NCBI GenBank assembly: GCA_003153505.1
Contig: PLZA01000065.1
Location: 29,031-93,030 of the forward strand
Direction of reading: 5' to 3'
DNA length: 64,000 nt
Origin: Candidatus Dormiibacterota bacterium
GTDB taxonomy: Bacteria; Chloroflexota; Dormibacteria; Aeolococcales; Aeolococcaceae
Shown here: one piece after another, positions 19,591 through 28,442 of the stretch
Position numbering within the stretch: position 1 is the stretch's first letter
Layout of the letters: every line of letters starts with the position of its first letter
Made by a program: the position numbers and the translations under genes
The notes under the pieces: model-generated
What the model saw: the letters and a program-made list of their open reading frames with translations, nothing else
Database searches by the model: none
What the model was told of the DNA's origin: nothing

Positions 19591-20444
19591 GACCCTGCTG
19601 CCACGCGTATCCCCTGCCTCACCGGACGGACGAGGCGCGGATCCGGGAGCGGCTCCCCGAAGAGGCGGGCAGCGTTCTCTCGAAACCGGCTGGGGGCGGC
19701 GGTGACCAGTATCTCGGTGCGCTCGGCGAAAGGCTGAGGGCCGGGTTTGGGCACCTCACCGGCGCCGATCCGGTTGACGGCGACGATCCGGCGCACCCGC
19801 GCCGCGGTGGTGTCGGCGCTGTCGACCACACGCAGCCGTCTCGACCCGATCACCCGTTGCAACGCGGGGCGGAGCAGCGGGTAGTGCGTGCAGCCCAGGA
19901 CGAGCGTGTCCGCACCCCAGCCGAAGATGCGATCGAGGACCGGGCGCAGCGCGGCGTCGGCCCTCGGGGTGTCGGCGTCTCCGTCCTCGACGATCTCCAC
20001 GAGGTCGGCTGCGACCTCGCTCAGCACGGCGATGCCGGGGTTCGCCTCTCTGATGGCGTGCACGTACTCGCCACTGGCCCGGGTCCCCTCCGTGCTGAGC
20101 ACCGCCACGCGGCTGTTGCGGGTCGCCGCCGCAGCCGCCTGCGCCCCCGGGGCGATCACACCAACAACGGGGATGTCGAATCGCTCTCGCGCGACGTGGA
20201 GTGCCGCTGCCGTGGCGGTGTTGCACGCGATCACCACGAGCTTGGTATCCATGCCCGCAAGCATGTCGATGATGTCCAGGGCGAGGCCGCGGACCTGCTC
20301 CTGCGAGCGCGGCCCATACGGGAAATGTTCGAGGTCCGCCAGGTAGATGAGCGCTTCGGCGGGCATCTGATGTCGGATCTCACGGAGCACGGTCAGGCCG
20401 CCGACACCGGAGTCGAACACGCCGATTGGGCGCGAGTCGCTCAT
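19587..20444 (-). CDS. murI: glutamate racemase
   Basis: IGVFDSGVGGLTV and ACNTA motifs are present. Start is set at the internal ATG (20444); the ORF upstream is filler. Confidence 0.85.
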   Translation of the reverse strand: MSDSRPIGVFDSGVGGLTVLREIRHQMPAEALIYLADLEHFPYGPRSQEQVRGLALDIIDMLAGMDTKLVVIACNTATAAALHVARERFDIPVVGVIAPGAQAAAAATRNSRVAVLSTEGTRASGEYVHAIREANPGIAVLSEVAADLVEIVEDGDADTPRADAALRPVLDRIFGWGADTLVLGCTHYPLLRPALQRVIGSRRLRVVDSADTTAARVRRIVAVNRIGAGEVPKPGPQPFAERTEILVTAAPSRFRENAARLFGEPLPDPRLVRPVRQGIRVAAGS

Positions 20445-21031
20445 TCGTTCTGCAGGATAGCAGGGGGGCGCGCCGACCCAGGCCCTGACAGCGCGAGGCC
20501 CATGAGCAGCATGTCGCGGTCCCCACTCGGCATGCGCACCTCGCCCCGCACCAGACCCTCGTCCTGGAACCCGAGTGAACGGTAGAGCGCGATCGCCCGC
20601 CGGTTGTCGGGGAAGACTCGCAGGCTCAGCTTGGCGAGTCCCACAACCCGGCCCCACTCGATCGCCGTCTCCATCAAAAGGCGGCCGAGCCCCGCGCCGC
20701 GCTGCTCGTTGCTGACAAGGATGGCGATTTCGCCGACGTGGGCGTAGTGCCCTCCAGCTCGCCGCTGGACCATCACGTGGCCCTGGGGCACGCCGTCGAC
20801 CTCGAGCGTCAGCGTGAGCCCCCCCTCGAGCACGATGGACACGAGCCGTGAGCTCTGCTCGATCGTGTCGGGTTCACCCGGCACCGCGGCGATGAGTTCG
20901 CCCTCCCCCGCCACGGCGTCGATGAGTGCGGCAAGTCCCGGCGCGTCCGCGTCCTGGGACGGCCGGATCACATAGGGGCGGCCGCCCCGGGTCGTCCCCT
21001 CGCGGCGCAGCACGGGCCGGGTCATCGTCAT
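20441..21031 (-). CDS. GNAT family N-acetyltransferase
   Basis: Acetyl-CoA binding motif QRGAGLGRLLM is present. Its start ATGACGATG overlaps the upstream stop. Confidence 0.75.
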   Translation of the reverse strand: MTMTRPVLRREGTTRGGRPYVIRPSQDADAPGLAALIDAVAGEGELIAAVPGEPDTIEQSSRLVSIVLEGGLTLTLEVDGVPQGHVMVQRRAGGHYAHVGEIAILVSNEQRGAGLGRLLMETAIEWGRVVGLAKLSLRVFPDNRRAIALYRSLGFQDEGLVRGEVRMPSGDRDMLLMGLALSGPGSARPPAILQNE

Positions 21032-22098
21032 ACGGCGACGGACAGGTCGGGATCGTCGCGCAGCGTGGTGGCGCGGTCGGCGATCCGCCGCGCGATCCCG
21101 CCGGCGCTCATCACGGTCATGTGCCCGTGGGGGTAGGTCCAGAGGTCTGTCTGCCACGCTGTCGCGAGCTCGGTCACGGGGTCGGGTCCGACGACCAGGT
21201 CCTGCATCGCCCGAACCAGCGTGATTCGATTGCCGGGCGTCCGGGGAGCCAGGTTGCGAGCCACGAGCGGCGACAGAGTCGAGTGCAGAAAACGTCCCGC
21301 GCTCGCCCGGTCCGGCCCCCAGGACCCGCTGAATTCGCCGATCATGCCCAGGTGACGGAGCGAGGGGGTGGGTGGCCGCTGCGAGAGGGTCGTCGCCGGG
21401 TCGCAGAAAGGCGCGACCGCGATCACACGATCAAGCTCGAGATGTGCCGCGAGCAGCGTCGCGATCAACCCGCCGAGGCTCACCCCGACGACGCTGACGT
21501 CGGGACTGACCTCGGCTCGTGCCCAGGCGATCACCGCTGCCGCGTCCTCGACCGTCTGGCGCACCGTCGCCCGGATGTGTGCGGGGTCAAGACTGAAATA
21601 CCCGTCGCCGCTGCGCTGGCCGGGAAGCGTCCGGCGGAGGTGGTACGGGAGGTCGAGGCGCGCTGTGTGGGCCCCGCGGAGGCGCATCTGCTTCGCGAGC
21701 CACCGGTCGTAGGTGGTCTGCGGCACCGCATAGCCGTGCAGGAGGAGCACAAACGGCGCGGGCCCGGGCTCCCGCCGGATGTGCGCTGTGGCGATCAGGT
21801 GGCGACTCCCCCAGTGACCACCTGGGCCTTCGCTGTCACCCTCGAGCTCGAGCTCACGCCACCGCGGGCCGTCGAGCGACTCCCACTCCCGGTTGACCCG
21901 GATCGCGTGAGGGTTGTGCACGCGGCTCTGCTCCCAGAAGGTGAACGGATCGGCCGGCACGCGATCGATCACATCGGGCCGGGTGATCCCGACCGCCGTC
22001 AGGCGGACGTGGACCATCCGATCCAGGATCAGCGAAACCGTCCCGATGAGCCGGTCGTGGGAAGTGTCGGAACTCATGGCCAAAACCCTCTCCGCCAA
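21028..22098 (-). CDS. alpha/beta hydrolase fold protein
   Basis: Nucleophile elbow GVSLGG, an HG oxyanion motif (LLLHGYA) and 356 aa length. Confidence 0.7.
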   Translation of the reverse strand: MAERVLAMSSDTSHDRLIGTVSLILDRMVHVRLTAVGITRPDVIDRVPADPFTFWEQSRVHNPHAIRVNREWESLDGPRWRELELEGDSEGPGGHWGSRHLIATAHIRREPGPAPFVLLLHGYAVPQTTYDRWLAKQMRLRGAHTARLDLPYHLRRTLPGQRSGDGYFSLDPAHIRATVRQTVEDAAAVIAWARAEVSPDVSVVGVSLGGLIATLLAAHLELDRVIAVAPFCDPATTLSQRPPTPSLRHLGMIGEFSGSWGPDRASAGRFLHSTLSPLVARNLAPRTPGNRITLVRAMQDLVVGPDPVTELATAWQTDLWTYPHGHMTVMSAGGIARRIADRATTLRDDPDLSVAV

Positions 22099-22100
22099 TC

Positions 22101-22682
22101 ATGCCCCGTATGGTCGATTGCGTAACTCCTGCGCGTAGACCATCATCGAACGTGGCTGTGTCCGAAACGTCGCCCCCGTTGCGCGTGGTCGGCACCCCAG
22201 ATCGCGCCAACGACTGGGAGTCCGTCTACCAGGAGCATGTTGCTCCCCTCTATAGGTATGTCTACTCGAGGACCGGCAATACCCCCGACGCCGAGGACGT
22301 GACCTCGACGACCTTCCTGCGCGCGCTCCCGCGCCTCCGCTCCGACGTCTCCGCCGCCGAGATCCGGGCGTATCTGCGAACCACCGCCCGGAGCGTGCTC
22401 GCAGACGTCTGGCGCCAGCGCCACGGGACGGTTCTGATGGAGTTCGACGAGCAGCGCGATGCCGTCCAACCCGCCGACCGACAGGACGAGGTGGACGTCA
22501 GCCCGATCCTCGACGGGCTGCCCGCAAACTATCGCAGCGTGCTCGAGTTCAGATTCCTGAGGGGATACTCGATTCGAGAGACGGCTGCGGCGATGGGCGT
22601 GAGCGTTGCCAACGCCAAGGTCCTGCAGCTGCGGGCGCTGCGCCGAGCGGCGGCCACTGGAGCTCGTGATGTCGAAAGCTGA
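22101..22682 (+). CDS. ECF (sigma-70 family) RNA polymerase sigma factor
   Basis: Region 2 (YRYVYSRTGNTPDAEDVTSTTFLRA) and region 4 HTH (YRSVLEFRFLRGYSIRETAAAMGVSVANAKVLQLRALRR) are present. Confidence 0.8.
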   Translation: MPRMVDCVTPARRPSSNVAVSETSPPLRVVGTPDRANDWESVYQEHVAPLYRYVYSRTGNTPDAEDVTSTTFLRALPRLRSDVSAAEIRAYLRTTARSVLADVWRQRHGTVLMEFDEQRDAVQPADRQDEVDVSPILDGLPANYRSVLEFRFLRGYSIRETAAAMGVSVANAKVLQLRALRRAAATGARDVES

Positions 22683-23343
22683 TCGCCGCCTCTCGCGCTT
22701 CGTCCAGGCGCTCATCTCGAACCGGCGGCCGCCGCGGACACCGGCAGAGGACGATTCGGCAGCGATGCAGGTTGCAGCCCGGCTCCGGGCCGCCAATCCG
22801 GGTGGTTCGACCCCGTCACCGGCCTTCGTCGACAAGCTAGCCCGCCAGCTGCGCGAGGCGTCGGAGCACGACCCCGGATGGACCGAGGCGGGGATCCGGC
22901 GACGCCGTTTCCTGGTCGGCGGACTTGCCACCGTCGCCGCATCGGTGGCTGCCGGCGTCGGCGTCGAGCGCCTGCACGAGGTGTTGACCGAGCCGGCCAG
23001 TGGATCCGGCACGATTCAGCCGTACATCAGCGCCTGGGTGGCGGTCGCGACCGTCGACGAGGTGACCCCTGGCAAGATCAAGCAGTTCTCCGCCGGCGGC
23101 GTCCAGGGCGTCGTCTTCACCCTCCACGGCGAAGTCCGCGGCCTCAGCAACGTCTGCACCCACCAGGGGTGCACGCTCGTTCCCGAAGCAGCCCAGGGCA
23201 AGCTCGTCTGCCCGTGCCACCCCATGAGCTTCAACCTCACCGGAGCGGCGAACCCCGGCGACTACCGCCTGAACCCCCTGCCGGCGATCCAGACGCGGCT
23301 GAACGCCGGCCACGTCGAGGTGCTCGTCCCCGCCTGGACCTGA
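22669..23343 (+). CDS. putative anti-sigma factor with internal twin-arginine signal-anchor and extracytoplasmic Rieske [2Fe-2S] domain
   Basis: Start overlaps the sigma-factor stop. A ~75-aa cytoplasmic domain precedes a segment IRRRRFLVGGLATVAASVAAG, followed by Rieske ligand boxes CTHQGC and CPCH. Confidence 0.65.
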   Translation: MSKADRRLSRFVQALISNRRPPRTPAEDDSAAMQVAARLRAANPGGSTPSPAFVDKLARQLREASEHDPGWTEAGIRRRRFLVGGLATVAASVAAGVGVERLHEVLTEPASGSGTIQPYISAWVAVATVDEVTPGKIKQFSAGGVQGVVFTLHGEVRGLSNVCTHQGCTLVPEAAQGKLVCPCHPMSFNLTGAANPGDYRLNPLPAIQTRLNAGHVEVLVPAWT

Positions 23344-23486
23344 AGCCTGGCGCCAACGCGCGGGCTCGCTGCAGCAGCGTGGCTCGGCAATGATCCGGCG
23401 CCCTGAGCCGTCCGTACCAAGCGGTGACAGGGCGGAGACAAGACGGCCAACCGGATCGCCAACGACCGCCCCAGCGAGGTGTACAC

Positions 23487-23756
23487 ATGGCCAAGGTGAC
23501 ACGGCGGACGTTTCTGTCCACGACCGTGGGGGCAGCGGGCGGAGTGGCGGCAATGGGGCTGATCGCCGGGCCGAGCACGCTCGTCGAGGCGGCGCAGAAC
23601 GTCGCCGCCGCAAGTGACGGACCCATGTCGAGCGAGCCGATGACCGCGTATGTCCGCGATGCGGCGACAGGTGAGATCTCGGTGATGGTCGGCCATCGCG
23701 AGGTGGTCACCAAAGACCCGCAGCTCATCCGGCGTCTGCAGCGCGCAGCGCGCTGA
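23487..23756 (+). CDS. small Tat-signal protein (hypothetical)
   Basis: MAKVTRRTFLSTTVGAAGGVAAMGLIAGPS is a twin-arginine signal peptide. Mature part is about 55 aa. Confidence 0.55.
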   Translation: MAKVTRRTFLSTTVGAAGGVAAMGLIAGPSTLVEAAQNVAAASDGPMSSEPMTAYVRDAATGEISVMVGHREVVTKDPQLIRRLQRAAR

Positions 23757-23799
23757 TCCGCCGAACCCAACAGCATCCACAACCTCACGAGGGGTACAC

Positions 23800-25176
23800 A
23801 TGTCTTCGCATCGTGAAGCGCCGGGAATCTCCAAAGACCCGGTTGCAGACAGCACTGACCTTTACGCGTTCACCAGTCCTGATCATCCAGAGACGGTGAC
23901 GCTGATCGCCAATTACATCCCGCTCGAGGGACCTGACGGCGGACCGAACTTCTACAACTTCGGAGATGACGTTCTCTACGAGATCACCGTCACCAACGGT
24001 GGCACCGTCGCGGACGCGATCACCTACCAGTTCAAGTTCACCACCGAGTACACCGATCCCAACACCTTTCTTTACAACACCGGGCCGATCACGAGCCTCA
24101 CGAGCTCCAGCTGGAACGTGCGTCAGTTCTACTCGGTGACGCGGGTACGGAACGGCCACACCGAAGTGCTCGCCACCAAGCTCGCGTGCCCGCCGGTGAA
24201 CGTCGGCGTTCGTTCGACCCCGAACTACGGCGCACTGGCCCGCGCGGCGGTCCACCGCCTCGACGGTGGGTGGGTCTTCGCAGGCCAGCGGCGCGAGGGC
24301 TTCTACGTCGATCTGGGATCGATCTTCGACCTCGGCGTGCTGCGCCCGTTCCAGAACCTGCATCTCATCCCGCTGCCGGCCGTCGGCGGCGTCGACTCGA
24401 CGAAGCCGCTCAACGTGCACACGATTGCCATCCAGATCCCCAAGACGCACCTCACCAGGCACGGCGAGATGCCAACCGACCCAACCAGCGCGGACTCGGT
24501 CATCGGCGTCTACACCACGGCCAGCAGGCGCAAGTCCACCGTGCTCGAGCACGGCGGTCGCGCCATGGACGTTGGACCCTGGGTCCAGGTCTCGCGCCTG
24601 GGCATGCCGCTGATCAACGAGGTGGTCATCCCCATCGGCAAGAAGGACTTCTGGAACTCGACCAAGCCGAGCAGCGATGCTCAGTTCGTCGCCAACTACG
24701 CACATCCAGAGCTCGCGGGACTCCTGCCCGTGCTCTACCCGGGGGTCTTCCCGAACCTCGCCGCCTACACGCCCGCGCGGGCCGACCTCGAAGCGATCCT
24801 GTTGACCGGGATCCCGTCCGGCGTCATCGCGGGCTTCCAGAACAACACGGGGTCGACACCGGCCGATCTTCTGCGCCTGAACATGGCGATCCCCCCGGCA
24901 TCGTCTCCGAGCATCAACGGTATTCTCGGCGGTGACCTTGCAGGGTTCCCGAACGGGCGCCGTGTGTTCGACGATGTCGCCACCATCGAGATCCGGGCCA
25001 TCGCGGGTGCCACGATCCCCCTGGTCGATTCCACCTTCACGGCAGACGGCGCTGCCGGCCTGGTGAGCGACTTCTCCTCCGGGCAGTTGGGCAGCTCGGT
25101 GCCCGGTAACGGCCGGTACATCGATCACTTCCCATACCTCGGCACGCCGCACAACGGTTTCGACACCCCGAGTTGA
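23800..25176 (+). CDS. DUF4331 family protein
   Basis: Begins MSSHREAPGIS, which matches the DUF4331 family opening. It is 458 aa and has no obvious signal peptide. Confidence 0.7.
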   Translation: MSSHREAPGISKDPVADSTDLYAFTSPDHPETVTLIANYIPLEGPDGGPNFYNFGDDVLYEITVTNGGTVADAITYQFKFTTEYTDPNTFLYNTGPITSLTSSSWNVRQFYSVTRVRNGHTEVLATKLACPPVNVGVRSTPNYGALARAAVHRLDGGWVFAGQRREGFYVDLGSIFDLGVLRPFQNLHLIPLPAVGGVDSTKPLNVHTIAIQIPKTHLTRHGEMPTDPTSADSVIGVYTTASRRKSTVLEHGGRAMDVGPWVQVSRLGMPLINEVVIPIGKKDFWNSTKPSSDAQFVANYAHPELAGLLPVLYPGVFPNLAAYTPARADLEAILLTGIPSGVIAGFQNNTGSTPADLLRLNMAIPPASSPSINGILGGDLAGFPNGRRVFDDVATIEIRAIAGATIPLVDSTFTADGAAGLVSDFSSGQLGSSVPGNGRYIDHFPYLGTPHNGFDTPS

Positions 25177-25487
25177 TCGAGATCGAGTCCGCCGGTCCCG
25201 CCCCCAGCGGGCCGGCGGTCCTCGATATCGGTGAGGGGGCCGGAGCGCTGCTGGTGATCGTGCCCGCAGCGCTCCTCCACACCGAGATCGAGGTCAGCCC
25301 CGACGGACGCCCGGACGCCCGGACCCATACCGGGGTGCACGAGCGCCCGATGGCGGGCGAGCGTCTTGCAATCGCTCTGTTCCCGTCGCTCGACGCCGGT
25401 GGCTGGACCCTCTGGGGAGCCGCGCCGTGCATGACCCGCAGCATCGAGATTCTCGACGGTCAGGTCACCCAGATCGACTGGCGGTGA
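25173..25487 (+). CDS. hypothetical protein, translationally coupled to the DUF4331 gene
   Basis: A TTG start overlaps the DUF4331 stop (TTGA). GC3 is high. Confidence 0.4.
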   Translation: MIEIESAGPAPSGPAVLDIGEGAGALLVIVPAALLHTEIEVSPDGRPDARTHTGVHERPMAGERLAIALFPSLDAGGWTLWGAAPCMTRSIEILDGQVTQIDWR

Positions 25488-25530
25488 CGCTCGCTTGACG
25501 GTCCCCAGGGTTTGCGTCTAACGTAGCCTG

Positions 25531-25559
25531 ATTCTACAGGCGTTCAGTAGAATTTTTTG
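25531..25559 (+). terminator. inverted repeat ATTCTAC-N9-GTAGAAT followed by TTTTTT; candidate intrinsic terminator or operator
   Basis: A perfect 7-bp inverted repeat plus T-run sits in a short AT-richer gap between the ECF/DUF4331 operon and the aminotransferase gene. Confidence 0.3.
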
Positions 25560-25590
25560 CATCCGCACGGGCTGCTGGAGGACCTGGTCG

Positions 25591-26961
25591 ATGGGTTTGA
25601 CCTTGGGTGGCGTCGATCCGGATCGGGTCGCAACACTGACCGCTCGCGAGGAGGCCGAGTTCAGGTCTCGGCGGACGCGTTCGCGCGAGCTCTGGAAGGA
25701 AGCGACCGAGTACATCCCGCGCGGGGTCCCCAGCTCGTTCCAGGACACCCCACCGCAGCCGGTCTTCATCGATTACGGCAAGGGAAGTCGCGTCTGGGAC
25801 GTCGACGGCAACGAGTACGCCGACTTCCACAACGGATTCGGGGTCATGGTCGTCGGTCATGCCCACCCTGCGATCGTCGCGGCGGTGGAGTCCCAGATGC
25901 ATCGCGGATCGCACTTCGCGCAGCCGGTCGCCGAGAACATCGTCGTCGCGCGGGAACTGGCCAGACGGTTCCATCAGCCGCAGTGGCGCTTCACCAACAG
26001 CGGCACCGAGTCGACGCTCGATGCCATCCGGCTCGCGCGCGGGTTCACGGACCGCGAACGGATCATCAAGATCGAGGCCTCGTACCACGGCCACCACGAC
26101 GCGCTGCTCGTCTCCGTGGAGCCGCCGGTCGATGCGATGGGCGATGCCGACTTCCCGAACTCGGTACCCATGACTGGCGGCATCCCCGCGTCGACCGTCG
26201 CGCTGACCTCCGTCGTCGGATTCAACGACCTGGCGTCGCTCGAGCGGGCGTTTGTCGCTCATCCGGGCGAGGTGGCGGCGGTGATCGTCGAGCCGGCGAT
26301 GATGAACATCGGGTTCGTGCTCCCTGACGACGGGTACCTCGCGGGAGTCGTCGAGACCGCCCACCGGCATGGCGCAGTAGCGATCTTCGATGAGGTCAAG
26401 ACGGGCGTGACCATCGCCCCGGGCGGCGCCACCGAGCGCTTCGGCGTCGTCCCGGACATCGTGTGCCTCGCCAAGGCGATCGGCGGCGGTCTGCCGTGCG
26501 GGGCCGTGGGCGGCCGCGCCGACATCATGGCCACGATCACCGACGGCAAGGTCGCCCAGCTCGGCACGTTCAACGGCAACCCGTTGACCACCGCCGCATC
26601 GCGCGCGACACTCCTCGAGGTGCTCACCAATCAGGCGTACTCGCACCTCGACGCGCTCACCGAGGAGTTGAGCGGAGGGCTGCGCGACGTGATGTCCGAG
26701 TACGCGCTCCCGTTCCACGTCGTGTCGATGGGGGCCCGCGGTTGTGTGACCTACCGCGAGCAGCCGGTGCGCAACTATCGCGACTACGCAGCGATGGACA
26801 AGTCCCTCGCCTACGTGTCGTGGCTGTATCAGACCAACCGCGGTGTCCTGATGGCCCCTGGCGCCGAGGAGAACTGGACGCTGTCGGTCCAGCACTCATC
26901 GGACGACGTCAGGCGTTACGTCGCCAACTTCCGTGAGCTGGCGAGGGATCTCAAGGCATGA
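25591..26961 (+). CDS. class-III (omega) aminotransferase, GSA-aminomutase-like
   Basis: The region HGHHDALLVS..GGIP resembles the hemL family, in a catabolic gene context. Confidence 0.85.
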   Translation: MGLTLGGVDPDRVATLTAREEAEFRSRRTRSRELWKEATEYIPRGVPSSFQDTPPQPVFIDYGKGSRVWDVDGNEYADFHNGFGVMVVGHAHPAIVAAVESQMHRGSHFAQPVAENIVVARELARRFHQPQWRFTNSGTESTLDAIRLARGFTDRERIIKIEASYHGHHDALLVSVEPPVDAMGDADFPNSVPMTGGIPASTVALTSVVGFNDLASLERAFVAHPGEVAAVIVEPAMMNIGFVLPDDGYLAGVVETAHRHGAVAIFDEVKTGVTIAPGGATERFGVVPDIVCLAKAIGGGLPCGAVGGRADIMATITDGKVAQLGTFNGNPLTTAASRATLLEVLTNQAYSHLDALTEELSGGLRDVMSEYALPFHVVSMGARGCVTYREQPVRNYRDYAAMDKSLAYVSWLYQTNRGVLMAPGAEENWTLSVQHSSDDVRRYVANFRELARDLKA

Positions 26962-28400
26962 GCACGGTCGCCGTGCGCTCGCTGCGCAACTTCGTCGACG
27001 GCGAGTATCGCGAGGCGACGTCCGATGTGTTCACGCCGCTCATCAACCCGGCGACCGGCGAGGAGTTCGCCCAGGCGCCGGTGTCGAGCGCCGCGGATGT
27101 CGACGCCGCGCTTCGCGCCGCGCAGCGTGCTTTTGGCGGCTGGCGAGACATCACTCCGAGGGAGCGGAGCCTCGCATTGCTGCGCATTGCCGACGCGTTC
27201 GAGAAGCGCTCCGAGGAATTTGTCGCCCTGGAGTGCGAGAACACCGGCAAGCCGATCTCGCTGACCCGCAGCGAGGAGATCCCGCAGCTGATCGACCCGG
27301 TCCGGTTCTTCGCAGGCTGCGCGCGGATTCTCGAAGGCCGGAGCGCGGGCGAATACATGGCGGGACACACCTCGATGATCCGCCGCGAGCCCGTCGGGGT
27401 CTGTGCGCAGGTGACGCCCTGGAACTACCCGATGCTGATGGCCATCTGGAAATGGGCGCCGGCAATCGCTGCAGGCAACACCGTGGTGCTGAAACCATCG
27501 GACACCACTCCCGTGACCACCCTGCTGATGGCCGAGATCATGGCCGAGCATCTGCCTCCCGGTGTGTTCAACGTGGTGTGCGGCGACCCGTCGACCGGCG
27601 CAGCGCTGGTCACGCACCGCATCCCCGCCATGGCCTCGATCACCGGGAGCGTGCGCGCGGGCATGGAAGTGGCGCGTGCCGCGGCCGGCGACCTCAAGCG
27701 CGTCCACCTCGAGCTCGGCGGCAAAGCGCCGGTGATCGTTTTCGACGATTCGGATGTCGCCGCCACCGCCGAAGCCGTTGCCATGGCCGGTTACTTCAAC
27801 GCCGGGCAGGACTGCACCGCTGCGACGCGCGTGATCGCGGCGTCGTCGATTCACGACGAGCTCGTGGCAGCGCTCGCCGAGCAGGCAGCAGCGAACAAGA
27901 CGGGCGCGCCGGACGACGACGAGGTGGCGTTCGGCCCGCTGAACAATGCCAGGCAGCTTGACCGGGTTCGCGAGTTGGTGGGCGGGGCACCCTCCCACGC
28001 TGAAGTCGTCGCCGGTGGGCATCGGATCGGTGACCGCGGGTACTTCCACGAGGCCACCGTGATCGCGGGACTCCGCCAGGACGACGACCTGATCCAGCGC
28101 GAGATCTTCGGGCCGGTGATCACGGTGCAGCGCTTCGACGACGAGGCGAAGGCGCTCGAGTGGGCCAACGGCGTCGAGTACGGTCTCTCCGCGAGCGTCT
28201 GGACGCGAGACCATGGCCGCGCCATGCGCATGGCACGCGCGCTGGACTTCGGCTGCGTCTGGATCAACACGCACATCCCACTGGTGTCCGAGATGCCACA
28301 CGGGGGCTACAAGCATTCGGGGTACGGCAAGGATCTTTCGATGTATGGGTTCGAGGACTACACCCGCATCAAGCACGTGATGAGCAATATCGAAGCCTGA
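26958..28400 (+). CDS. NAD(P)-dependent aldehyde dehydrogenase (aminobutyraldehyde/betaine-aldehyde type)
   Basis: Catalytic Glu ELGGKAP and Cys GQDCTAATR motifs are present. Start is ATGA-coupled to the upstream gene. Confidence 0.9.
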   Translation: MSTVAVRSLRNFVDGEYREATSDVFTPLINPATGEEFAQAPVSSAADVDAALRAAQRAFGGWRDITPRERSLALLRIADAFEKRSEEFVALECENTGKPISLTRSEEIPQLIDPVRFFAGCARILEGRSAGEYMAGHTSMIRREPVGVCAQVTPWNYPMLMAIWKWAPAIAAGNTVVLKPSDTTPVTTLLMAEIMAEHLPPGVFNVVCGDPSTGAALVTHRIPAMASITGSVRAGMEVARAAAGDLKRVHLELGGKAPVIVFDDSDVAATAEAVAMAGYFNAGQDCTAATRVIAASSIHDELVAALAEQAAANKTGAPDDDEVAFGPLNNARQLDRVRELVGGAPSHAEVVAGGHRIGDRGYFHEATVIAGLRQDDDLIQREIFGPVITVQRFDDEAKALEWANGVEYGLSASVWTRDHGRAMRMARALDFGCVWINTHIPLVSEMPHGGYKHSGYGKDLSMYGFEDYTRIKHVMSNIEA

Positions 28401-28442
28401 CGACCCAGGCTCGAGTCAGGAGAACACGGTGAGGAGGAAGAC

